Part shown: piece by piece, positions 9,024 to 16,375 of the stretch | Numbering within the stretch: the stretch's first letter is position 1 | Layout of the letters: each line of letters opens with the position of its first letter | Source: Gemmatimonadales bacterium | GTDB taxonomy: Bacteria; Gemmatimonadota; Gemmatimonadetes; Gemmatimonadales; GWC2-71-9 | Length of the DNA stretch: 45,397 bases | Direction of reading: 5' to 3' | Assembly (NCBI GenBank): GCA_035538175.1 | Contig: DATLKW010000006.1 | Coordinates: forward strand, 1-45,397 | Notes under the pieces: model-generated | Told to the model about the DNA's origin: nothing | What the model saw: only the letters and a program-made list of their open reading frames with translations | The model's database searches: none | Made by a program: the position numbers and the translations under genes

Positions 9024-9511
9024 GAACCCTCGAGCGCGCGTCGGAGCCCCGCGAGCGTGCGGGACGCAATCCCGTGGATGAACACGGGCCCGATCACGAA
9101 CCGCGCCGCAAGCCCGCCGACGAGCGGCCAGGCGGGTCCCCGCCACTCGTGCACCACCGTCACCACGACGCCGCCTGGCCCGCCTGGCCCGCCTGGCCCG
9201 GCCGGGCCCGCCGGCGCAGCGGCGAGCTGCCACACCACGTCCATCCCGGCCGTGAGGCCGCGGACGTGCCGATAGCGGATCTCCCCGGCGCGCCGATCGA
9301 CGCGCATCTCCGAGACCCACCACACGGGGTAGGCGAGCGGGCCGAAGGGGCGGCGCGCGGCCATCTCGACCGTGCCCCCCCCGTCGCGCCGCTCGAGAAA
9401 CCGCACCCAGCGGTAGTGCGACAGAATCCGCGGCCAGCGCTCGACGTCGGCCGCGAGCGCGAAAACGCGATCGAGGCTCGCGTGGATCTCAGCACGGTCG
9501 ACGGTGCGCAT
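9020..9511 (-). CDS. SRPBCC (START / polyketide cyclase-dehydrase-like) ligand-binding protein
   Basis: ATG 9511 gives MRTVDRAEIHASLDRVFALAADVERWPRILSHYRWVRFLE..., the typical N-terminal beta-alpha signature of Polyketide_cyc2/SRPBCC proteins. It contains an inserted Gly/Pro loop encoded by a 9-bp tandem repeat. Confidence 0.6.
   Translation of the reverse strand: MRTVDRAEIHASLDRVFALAADVERWPRILSHYRWVRFLERRDGGGTVEMAARRPFGPLAYPVWWVSEMRVDRRAGEIRYRHVRGLTAGMDVVWQLAAAPAGPAGPGGPGGPGGVVVTVVHEWRGPAWPLVGGLAARFVIGPVFIHGIASRTLAGLRRALEGS
9172..9207. repeat. 9-bp tandem repeat GCCTGGCCC x3 plus one degenerate copy
   Basis: The perfect copies are at 9172-9180, 9181-9189 and 9190-9198, followed by GGCCGGGCC. 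On the minus strand this encodes ...[15 protein letters not shown]... inside the SRPBCC CDS. Confidence 0.9.
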
Positions 9512-9522
9512 CGCGCCGCACG

Positions 9523-10251
9523 TCAGGGGCAGCGCCCAGGCCCGCGGTCTCGAGCCGCCGGCGCCCAGGCCGCCACGATGCGGAACCCCGGCCGGTAGCG
9601 GGCCACCGCCCGCACTCCCGCCTCGGTGAGCATCCGATTGAACTCCTCCCGCGTGTAGCCGCGTTTGAGCGAGACGACGGCGTCGTGGCGCGTCGAGCGG
9701 CTCATCCCTAACGAGAGACAGGCGACCCACGCGCCCGCCATGGCGGCGCGCGAACGGTGCAGGTCGGCGAGCACGACGGCGCGCCGGGCCAGCGCGTCGC
9801 ACGCCGCGATCCAGCGCAGCGCCTCGGGGCGCGGCAGATGGTGCAGCACCTGGCTCACCACGACGACGTCCACCGCGCGGGCCCCGAGCGGGGGTGCGCC
9901 GCCGTCGGCGAGGATGGCCGCGAGGGGACGATCGCCTGCGCCTCGGGCGAGCCGCGCGGCCGCGCGATGCCGCTCGATGGCGATGAGCCGGAGCGCGAGA
10001 CCGTGCCGGGCCGCCGCCCGCGCCAGCGCTCGCGGAATGTCTCCGAGCCCCGTCCCCACGTCCAGCAGGGTCCATGTCCGGGTCTCGTCGGCGGCCGCGC
10101 TGCGGCGCCAGGCGACGAAGAAGGGTTCGAGCGCCCGCAGGACCGCGCGGGTTCCGCCGAAGAGGGCGTTCAGGCGGGCGATGTCCCGGAGCTCCCGCTC
10201 GACCGCCCCAGGGTCGGCGCGCGGGTCGTCGAGCAGCTCGACCCCGATCAT
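9523..10251 (-). CDS. Class I SAM-dependent methyltransferase
   Basis: ATG 10251 overlaps the upstream stop (ATGA). SAM motif I is LLDVGTGLGDIP and the post-I acidic residue lies in LIAIERH. VVVSQVLHHLP is typical of Methyltransf_12/23-like proteins. Confidence 0.75.
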   Translation of the reverse strand: MIGVELLDDPRADPGAVERELRDIARLNALFGGTRAVLRALEPFFVAWRRSAAADETRTWTLLDVGTGLGDIPRALARAAARHGLALRLIAIERHRAAARLARGAGDRPLAAILADGGAPPLGARAVDVVVVSQVLHHLPRPEALRWIAACDALARRAVVLADLHRSRAAMAGAWVACLSLGMSRSTRHDAVVSLKRGYTREEFNRMLTEAGVRAVARYRPGFRIVAAWAPAARDRGPGRCP

Positions 10252-10733
10252 CGGCTGCCCTCGAGGCCCGCGTACCCGCCCCGGTAATACACCAGCGGCC
10301 GGCCATCCGAGACGCTGCCTCCCGTGACGAGGCCAAAGAACACCGTATGGTCGCCCCCCGGGGCCTCGCCCTGTTTGTCGCACTCGATCGTCGCCACCGT
10401 CCGCTCGAGCACCGGCAGGCCGTACCGACTCTCGCGGTAGCCGATACCGTCGAACCGGTTGGGGTGCTCCGCGGCGAAGCGGCGCGACAGGGCCTCCTGG
10501 TCCGAGGCGAGCACGTTGAGCACGAACCGCGGCGCCGCCTGCAAGGCCGGGTGCATGTCGTTCGTCCGGGCGACGCATACGAGCACGAGTGGTGGCTCGA
10601 GGGAGACCGAAGCCACGGAGCTCGCCGTCATGCCGACCGGTCGCCCGGCGGGGTCGCGGGTCGTCACGACCGTCACGCCAGTCGCGAAGCGGCCGAGCAG
10701 CTGACGAAACAGGTCGGGATAGACGCCGGGCAT
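10248..10733 (-). CDS. Flavin reductase-domain protein (NAD(P)H:flavin oxidoreductase, HpaC-like)
   Basis: ATG 10733. The blocks FRQLLGRFATGVTVVTTRDPAGRPVGMTASSVASVSLEPPLVLVCV, RFVLNVLASDQEALSRRFA and GDHTVFFGLV fit the classical Flavin_Reduct pattern. Confidence 0.8.
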   Translation of the reverse strand: MPGVYPDLFRQLLGRFATGVTVVTTRDPAGRPVGMTASSVASVSLEPPLVLVCVARTNDMHPALQAAPRFVLNVLASDQEALSRRFAAEHPNRFDGIGYRESRYGLPVLERTVATIECDKQGEAPGGDHTVFFGLVTGGSVSDGRPLVYYRGGYAGLEGSR

Positions 10734-10735
10734 GG

Positions 10736-11941
10736 TCACCAGAGGAGACGGGCGAGCACCGCCGGGGCGAAGACGCGGCGCGCCGGGACGATGTTCCCGG
10801 CGGCGCTCACGAGAAGATCGGCGAGCGCCGGACGGCGCGCCAGGCGACGGACCACGCGGTTCGTGAGCGCGGGCCACCCGACGCCGAGGCCGATGAGGCG
10901 CTCGAAGAGCCATTTGCCGCGGAACGTGCGGCGCCGCGCTCGCCCGTAGGCGCGGAGCGCGGCGCCCGGGACGGGACCGGCGCGCTGCGCGAGCACGGGC
11001 GCGAGCGTCTCGGCCACGAGCTCCGCGCCCCGCAACGCGGCGTAGATCCCCTGCCCGGTGAACGGGTCAAAGAAGTCCGCGGCGTCCCCGACGAGGAGCG
11101 CGCCCGGCACGGCGGCGACCCGCGACCACTGCGCGAACGGCCCCGTCACAAGCACCTCGCGCACCAGCCGGCGCGACGCGAACCGACCGGCGAGTCCGGG
11201 AAACCGCTCGAGCTCGGCGAAGAACGTCCGGCGATAGTCTTGCCCACTCGCGCGCACAAGCCCGAGCGGCAGGACGAGCGCCACCGTCGTGACGCCGCCG
11301 CCCACGGGGCCGAGGCCGACGTACCCCCGCGCGCTCACGTGCAGCTCCCCGACGCCGTCGACCCCGGCGACGTCGCTTACGTGCGCGCTAAACGCGAGAC
11401 GCTCGGGCGCCGAGACCCGAACGAGCCCCAGGCGACGCGCCACCACGGAGCGCAAGCCATCAGCCGCCACGACGACCCGGCTGCGGTAGGTCTCGCGCGG
11501 TCCCGTGCGCGACCGCCCCACGACTCCCGCGACCCGCCCGCGCTCGAAGACGAGGTCCTCGACGCTGAGCCCCTCGCGCACCTCGACGCCGGCTCGGGCG
11601 GCCGCGGCCACGAGCACGGTGTCGAAGGTCGCGCGCGGCAGCGCGAAGCTCGAGGCCGGAGACCCCGCGGTGAACCGCCCGCACATCGCCGTCCCGTCTG
11701 GGGCGACCACCTTCATGCCGGAGAGCTCGGCGTGGGCCGCCGCCGCCACGGCGTCGAGCACCCCCGCGCCGAGGCGCCGCAGCAGGTGGGTCGTTCCGGG
11801 GCTCAAGTACTCCGAGCAGGGTTTGTCGCGCGGAAATCGGGCGCGGTCGAGCAGCAGCACCTCTGCGCCCGCCTGCGCGAGCCGCAGGGCGGTCGCCGCC
11901 CCCGCCGGACCCGCCCCCACGACCACCGCGTCCCAGGTCAC
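10736..11941 (-). CDS. FAD-dependent oxidoreductase, geranylgeranyl reductase family
   Basis: GTG 11941 (VTWDAVVVGAGPAGAATALRLAQAGAEVLLLDRARFPRDKPCSEYLSPG) shows the dinucleotide fold GxGxxG plus the K.C.E.LSP block typical of GGR-type enzymes. VVAADGLRSVV and LVGDAADFFDPFTGQGI are also present. Confidence 0.7.
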   Translation of the reverse strand: MTWDAVVVGAGPAGAATALRLAQAGAEVLLLDRARFPRDKPCSEYLSPGTTHLLRRLGAGVLDAVAAAAHAELSGMKVVAPDGTAMCGRFTAGSPASSFALPRATFDTVLVAAAARAGVEVREGLSVEDLVFERGRVAGVVGRSRTGPRETYRSRVVVAADGLRSVVARRLGLVRVSAPERLAFSAHVSDVAGVDGVGELHVSARGYVGLGPVGGGVTTVALVLPLGLVRASGQDYRRTFFAELERFPGLAGRFASRRLVREVLVTGPFAQWSRVAAVPGALLVGDAADFFDPFTGQGIYAALRGAELVAETLAPVLAQRAGPVPGAALRAYGRARRRTFRGKWLFERLIGLGVGWPALTNRVVRRLARRPALADLLVSAAGNIVPARRVFAPAVLARLLW

Positions 11942-11954
11942 CGGCCGAGGGGCG

Positions 11955-12641
11955 CTATCCGAGCGCGAGCCGCGTGGCTGCGAGCGCCACGGCGGCGCCA
12001 CACACCGTGGCGGCGAAGTTGACGCCATCGTTGTCGAGCCATTGCCGCCCCGCCACGAGCCGGACCGGCTCGTGGCACACCGTCCGGGCGCGCTCGAAGC
12101 GCGCGTCGCACGCAGGACACGCGTACTTGCCTTGCAGCGTCGCGCCGAGCAGGGAGTCGAGGACCATCCCCGCCACCCCCGCCCCGGCGCCGATCGCGAG
12201 CCCCGGGGCGGGTCCCGGAGCGGCCACCGCATGGGCCAGCCCGGCGATCGCGACCGCGCCCGCCACCCCACCGAGCGTCCCGAGCGCCGTCACCCCGCCT
12301 GAGGTACCGCGTGCTACGCGGCGGCCGTTCGTGATGAGTCGCGGGGAGAAGGGCGAGAACGCCCCGATCTCGGTCGCCCAGGTGTCCGCCGCGGCAGCGG
12401 CGAGAGCGCCCGCCGCGGCGGGCCAGGAGCCCAGGAGCGCCGCCGCGGCGGCGATGCCGCCGTTCGCGACGACTTGACGCGCCGTGCGCCGCGGGCCTCG
12501 GCGCTCGGCGAGCTGACTGAGCAGACTGCCGGAGAGAAAGAACGCCCCGAGCACCGTGAGCCCCCGCCATCCGAGCCCCCACACGGTGGTCCCACCGACG
12601 ACCGCGGCCGCGACCACGCCGCCGCGGCTGAGCCAATTCAC
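11955..12641 (-). CDS. DUF92 / TMEM19-family integral membrane protein
   Basis: GTG 12641 overlaps the anti-sigma stop (GTGA). The protein is polytopic and Gly/Ala-rich, with AADTWATEIG, GTSGGVTALGTLGG, a Cys cluster CPACD...CHEP and NDGVNFAAT near the C-terminus. From memory these are hallmark blocks of the TIGR00297/DUF92 family. Confidence 0.6.
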   Translation of the reverse strand: MNWLSRGGVVAAAVVGGTTVWGLGWRGLTVLGAFFLSGSLLSQLAERRGPRRTARQVVANGGIAAAAALLGSWPAAAGALAAAAADTWATEIGAFSPFSPRLITNGRRVARGTSGGVTALGTLGGVAGAVAIAGLAHAVAAPGPAPGLAIGAGAGVAGMVLDSLLGATLQGKYACPACDARFERARTVCHEPVRLVAGRQWLDNDGVNFAATVCGAAVALAATRLALG

Positions 12642-12862
12642 TCGTCGATTAGCTCGTCGAGGATGCGGCGCTTCAGCTCCGGAGGCGCGCCGCGACCGCG
12701 GCAGCGCATCTTCACGAACGTGAGAAAGACCTTCTCGAAATCGAAGTGCTCGCCACAGGGCGGACAGTCGGTGAGATGATGCCGGATTTCTTCCTCTACC
12801 TCCGGCGTGAGCTCGCGGTCGAGGTACTCATAGAGGTGCTCCATGCACTCGCGGCAATTCAT
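12638..12862 (-). CDS. rsrA: RsrA-type soluble zinc-binding anti-sigma factor (ZAS, HxxxCxxC)
   Basis: The product is MNCRECMEHLYEYLDRELTPEVEEEIRHHLTDCPPCGEHFDFEKVFLTFVKMRCRGRGAPPELKRRILDEL. It is colinear with actinobacterial RsrA (C..LYE.LD.E....HH...C.PC...E..VK.LV.RCC...P..L). It has no TM segment. The ATGA overlaps the sigma gene stop. Confidence 0.85.
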   Translation of the reverse strand: MNCRECMEHLYEYLDRELTPEVEEEIRHHLTDCPPCGEHFDFEKVFLTFVKMRCRGRGAPPELKRRILDELIDE

Positions 12863-13530
12863 TTCGCGTTCCCCTTGATGTACCCCATGCCCACGGCGTA
12901 CTGGTACAAGCGCTGCTGCAACAGCCGCCGCGCGCGGAACAGGCGCGACTTCACCGTGCCGACAGGGACCTCCTGCACGCGAGCGATCTCCTCGTACGAC
13001 ATCCCCTCTACGTCGCTCAACACCACCGTCTCCCGGAATTGTTCCGGGAGCTCATCGATCGCGCGGAGCACTTCGTCGTCCACGATGCGGTCGAAGAAAG
13101 TGCCCTGCGGATCGTCATCCTGGACTTCGTCAAAGACGGAGAAGGGTTCGATCGCATCGATGTCGACCGTCTCGGGATGCCGCGTGCGCCGACGGTATTC
13201 ATTAATGAACGTGTGGCGCAGAATCGTGAGCAGCTAACCCTTGGCGTTCGTCCCCCGTTCGAACTGATGCCAGGCGCGGTACGCCTTGAGCATCGTCTCC
13301 TGTACCAGGTCGTCGGCCTCGGCGGGGTTGCCGGTCAGCCGCAGCGCGACCCGATACAGACTGTCCAGGTGCACCAGCGCTTCGCGCTCGAAGCTCGCCC
13401 GCTTGTCCTTGTCGGCCTCGGCGGACGGGGTCGACGTGGACGGAGGTGGGGGCGCCGGGGGCGCCGGAGGGACCGGGGGGGCCGGGGGGGCCGGGCGGGC
13501 CGGGGGGCCGGGGGGTAGAGTACCGCTCAT
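12859..13530 (-). pseudogene. sigR: SigR/SigH-type ECF sigma-70 factor interrupted by one in-frame TAG (13234-13236)
   Basis: Track ORFs 13234..13782 (region 2: [25 protein letters not shown]) and 12859..13083 (region 4: VPVGTVKSRLFRARRLL) are in the same frame. My own translation across the gap reads ...GTNAKG*LLTILRHTFINEYRRRTRHPETV... The TAG sits where SigR/SigH proteins have the W of KAWLYRILTN. The likely start is ATG 13530 ([10 protein letters not shown]...). Confidence 0.8.
13441..13516. repeat. Imperfect G/C-only short repeats (GGGGCGCCGG / GGGGGCCGGG units)
   Basis: Read directly from the sequence. On the minus strand this encodes the Pro-rich N-terminal extension [25 protein letters not shown] of the sigma factor. 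Confidence 0.7.
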
Positions 13531-13540
13531 AACGCTCCGT

Positions 13541-13566
13541 AACCTCTCCCGGTGCGGCCGGGTTCC
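13541..13566 (-). promoter_or_regulatory. Candidate ECF (SigR-type) autoregulatory promoter GGAAC-N18-GTT
   Basis: The minus strand reads GGAAC CCGGCCGCACCGGGAGAG GTT, followed by 10 nt and then ATG 13530. From memory, the SigR/SigH consensus is GGAAT-N18-GTT. Confidence 0.45.
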
Positions 13567-13582
13567 GCAATAGGGTGGCGGC

Positions 13583-14206
13583 GTGTACGTTTCGCGCGCC
13601 GTGGTCCATAGCATCGTGCCGCTCGCGGTCCTCGAGGCGGTCAAGAACCTCGACACGCCGGTCGAGGACGGTCTGTCGGAGTTCGCCGAGGAGCTGTTGT
13701 CGAAGCGACTCGGGCTATCCGAGACGGTGGCGATGCAACTGCGGGAATACGAAGCCATGGCGCGGCGCAATGCCGCCGCCAATGAGGGGCACGTCGAAGC
13801 CCTGCTACGGCTCGTGGGACGGCGGCCCGATGCCGACCTCGTGTTCGCCGACGCGGGGCGCCGCGCGGCCCGACGGGCGGTGCGCCGCCTCTTCGGCCTG
13901 ACGCGGCTCGCCGCGAAGGGCGCTCCCCGACTGTTCGGCTACGCCGCCGCGCGCCGCGCGGCCCGCGCCGTCTTGGGCGCCGATTTGAAGCGCGAGCAGC
14001 ACATCCCCGTCGCCTGGGTGCGGGACGCGCTGGCGGTGCACGCGACGCCCGACGGGTCCGCCTGCGCCCTCTACGGCACGGGCTTGAGCGAGCTGCTCCG
14101 CCTGCTCGTCGGCTTCGAGGGCGCCATGCTCCACGTCTCCTGCCGCGCGCGCGGCGGGACGGTGTGCGAGTGGCGGGCCGCCCCGCCCGATCCCCGACAC
14201 CACTGA
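13583..14206 (+). CDS. Hypothetical protein with a V4R-like C-terminal domain
   Basis: Track ORF (GTG start). The C-terminus [39 protein letters not shown] resembles the C-x4-G...E/H-x2-C-x2-G-x3-C-x-F/W pattern of V4R small-molecule-binding domains. Confidence 0.45.
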   Translation: MYVSRAVVHSIVPLAVLEAVKNLDTPVEDGLSEFAEELLSKRLGLSETVAMQLREYEAMARRNAAANEGHVEALLRLVGRRPDADLVFADAGRRAARRAVRRLFGLTRLAAKGAPRLFGYAAARRAARAVLGADLKREQHIPVAWVRDALAVHATPDGSACALYGTGLSELLRLLVGFEGAMLHVSCRARGGTVCEWRAAPPDPRHH

Positions 14207-15396
14207 TGGCCCTGCTCGAGGGCTTCGATTTTCCCGCGCTCGCCGACGCCTTGGGCGCGCTCGGGGCGGACGGCTGGCTCCTCTACGACTTCCGGAAGGT
14301 GAACCCCATCGCCGAGCGGATCCTCGGCCCGACCGGGATGGGTACGCGACGCCTGTTCGTGCTGCTCCCGCGCAGCGGTCGCCCGGTCGCCATCGCCCAC
14401 CGGATCGAGCTCCAGCCGCTTGCCGACTTCCCGGGCGATGTGCGCCCCTACGGGGCGTGGGGCGAGCTCCACGCCCACCTCAGAGGGCTCGTGCGTGGCC
14501 GCACGCTCGCCCTCGAGATCTCCCCGCTCGATCAAGTCCCCTACCTCGATCGCGTGCCTCACGGCGTGGTCCAGCTCCTCGAATCGTTCGGGGCGCAGCT
14601 CGTGTCGTCGGCCCCTCTTGTGTCGCGGTTCGCGGCGCGCTGGTCCGAGCAGGAACGGGCGGGGCACCGCGCGGCCGCTGAAGCCCTCGCCAGCGTCGCT
14701 CGGGAGGCACTCGCATGGGTGGGGGGCGAGGCCGCCCGCGGAACCGAAGTCCGCGAGACGACCGTGCAGCGACGCGTGCGGGAGGCGATCGAGCGCGCGG
14801 GGCTCTGGACCAGCGACGGGCCGATCGTCGCGTTCGGGCCGACGACCGCGATGCCGCACTACGAGCCCCATCCCGGCACCGACCGCCGGCTCGCGTCGGG
14901 CGACGTCGTGCTCCTCGATTTGTGGGCCGGACCCGGACCGGGCTCAGTGTTCGCGGATCAGACGTGGATGGCGTTCGCCGGGCGCGCCCCCGACGCCGAG
15001 GTGCGGCGCGTGTGGGACACCGTGAAAGCGGCGCGTGACGCGGCGGTCGCCCTCGTGCGACGGGGCACTGGGGGCGCGGGCGGCGCCCCGCCGCTCACCG
15101 GCGCCGCAGTCGACGACGCGGCCCGAAGCGTTATCCGCCAGGCCGGGCTCGGCGACTACTTCGTCCATCGCACCGGGCACTCGATCGACCGCGATCTCCA
15201 CGGCTCCGGCCCCCACATCGACAACTTCGAGACCGAGGACACCCGACCCCTGGTCCCCGGTGTGGGCTTCTCCGTCGAGCCGGGTGTTTACCTCCCCGGC
15301 CGCTTCGGGATGCGGAGCGAGATCAACGTCTACATCGGCGCGGCGGGACCCGAGGTGAGCCCGCGCGAGCCGCAGGACGCGCTGCTCCTGCTGTGA
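14206..15396 (+). CDS. M24-family metallopeptidase (Xaa-Pro aminopeptidase/creatinase-like)
   Basis: ATG 14206 is in frame with track ORF 14164..15396. Metal-ligand contexts are VVLLDLW (Asp), FVHRTGHSIDRDLHG (His), GFSVEPGVY (Glu) and MRSEINV (Glu). Confidence 0.8.
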   Translation: MALLEGFDFPALADALGALGADGWLLYDFRKVNPIAERILGPTGMGTRRLFVLLPRSGRPVAIAHRIELQPLADFPGDVRPYGAWGELHAHLRGLVRGRTLALEISPLDQVPYLDRVPHGVVQLLESFGAQLVSSAPLVSRFAARWSEQERAGHRAAAEALASVAREALAWVGGEAARGTEVRETTVQRRVREAIERAGLWTSDGPIVAFGPTTAMPHYEPHPGTDRRLASGDVVLLDLWAGPGPGSVFADQTWMAFAGRAPDAEVRRVWDTVKAARDAAVALVRRGTGGAGGAPPLTGAAVDDAARSVIRQAGLGDYFVHRTGHSIDRDLHGSGPHIDNFETEDTRPLVPGVGFSVEPGVYLPGRFGMRSEINVYIGAAGPEVSPREPQDALLLL

Positions 15397-15412
15397 CGCG
15401 GCGCGGGTTCGC

Positions 15413-16276
15413 TCACAACGCCGCGACGACGAGCCCGCCCCACACCGCCGCCCCGAGCGCCACGTGCGCGGCCGCGAGCGGCCGGGGGAGCTGCAACAGC
15501 ACCATCGCCGCGGCCAGGGTCACCTGGGCGCCCACGAGGCCCACCACCCCCCACACGGCGCGTCGCTTCGCGCGCACAGCCCACCAGATCACGAAGGCGA
15601 AGAGCGCATAGGCGAGCACCCGGTGGGTCCAGTGAATGTGCTGGAGCGCGTTGCCGCTCGGGACGAGCTGCCCATTGCAGAGGGGGAACCCGAGACAGGC
15701 GCTCGCCGCCCCGGTGTTGGCGGTGAGCGCGCCGGCTAGAACGGTTGCGAATCCCAGCACCAGGGCCACGAGCCCCGTGGGGCCGGGGTCCCTCAGCCAC
15801 CCCTCACTTCGCTCGCGCGCCACGACGAGCAGCGTCGCCAGCAGCAGCATGGCGGTCGCGAAATGCAGGACCACCGTCCACGGCGGGAGGCGCAGCCTGA
15901 CCGTGACGGCACCGAGCAGCACCAGGACGACGAGGAGGCCGAGCGCCGCGTAGGGCAGGGCCGACGGCAGCCCGGGGGCGGCGGGATCGCGGGAGGCGTT
16001 GGCGCCGACGGACGCTCTTCTGTGCCTGCCCCGCAAGCGCCCGGCGTAGACCGCGAGCGCGAGTACGAGTCCCGATACCGCGGCCGCCACCAGCCGATGC
16101 GCGTACTCAATGAGCGTCGGGACATCGAGCGGCGGCAGGAGTCGGCCATTGCACAAGGGCCAATGCTCGCCGCACCCGAGCCCCGAGCCGGTAATACGCA
16201 CGATCGCCCCGAGGACGATGAGGAGATAGGTGAACGTCACCGCGGTCCAAGCGAGCGGCGTGAAGCGTCGCGTCAT
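15413..16276 (-). CDS. ctaA: Heme A synthase (COX15/CtaA family)
   Basis: Matching blocks are LLIVLGAIVRITGSGLGCGEHWPLCNG..LIEYAHRL, and a second half with SACLGFPLCNGQLVP...HIHWTHRVLAY. This gives the duplicated Cys-pair plus His motif of CtaA. Confidence 0.85.
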   Translation of the reverse strand: MTRRFTPLAWTAVTFTYLLIVLGAIVRITGSGLGCGEHWPLCNGRLLPPLDVPTLIEYAHRLVAAAVSGLVLALAVYAGRLRGRHRRASVGANASRDPAAPGLPSALPYAALGLLVVLVLLGAVTVRLRLPPWTVVLHFATAMLLLATLLVVARERSEGWLRDPGPTGLVALVLGFATVLAGALTANTGAASACLGFPLCNGQLVPSGNALQHIHWTHRVLAYALFAFVIWWAVRAKRRAVWGVVGLVGAQVTLAAAMVLLQLPRPLAAAHVALGAAVWGGLVVAAL

Positions 16277-16375
16277 GGGTGCGGAAATGTATACCGCCCG
16301 CTCGCGGCCACGAGGCGTGGTTTCAGTCTTCCAACGAACTGCAACGCGGGCCGGGGCCGCGAGGGCGGCGGCCGG

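Noticed and set aside
13234-13236. The idea that TAG is a reassigned sense codon, or that the sigma gene is really two genes.
   Set aside because: TAG terminates several well-supported neighbouring genes (stops at 31086, 35762, 41499-41501 and 42724-42726). The two halves are in one frame and together make one colinear SigR/SigH-like protein. I therefore treat it as a premature stop, or a sequence error to be checked.
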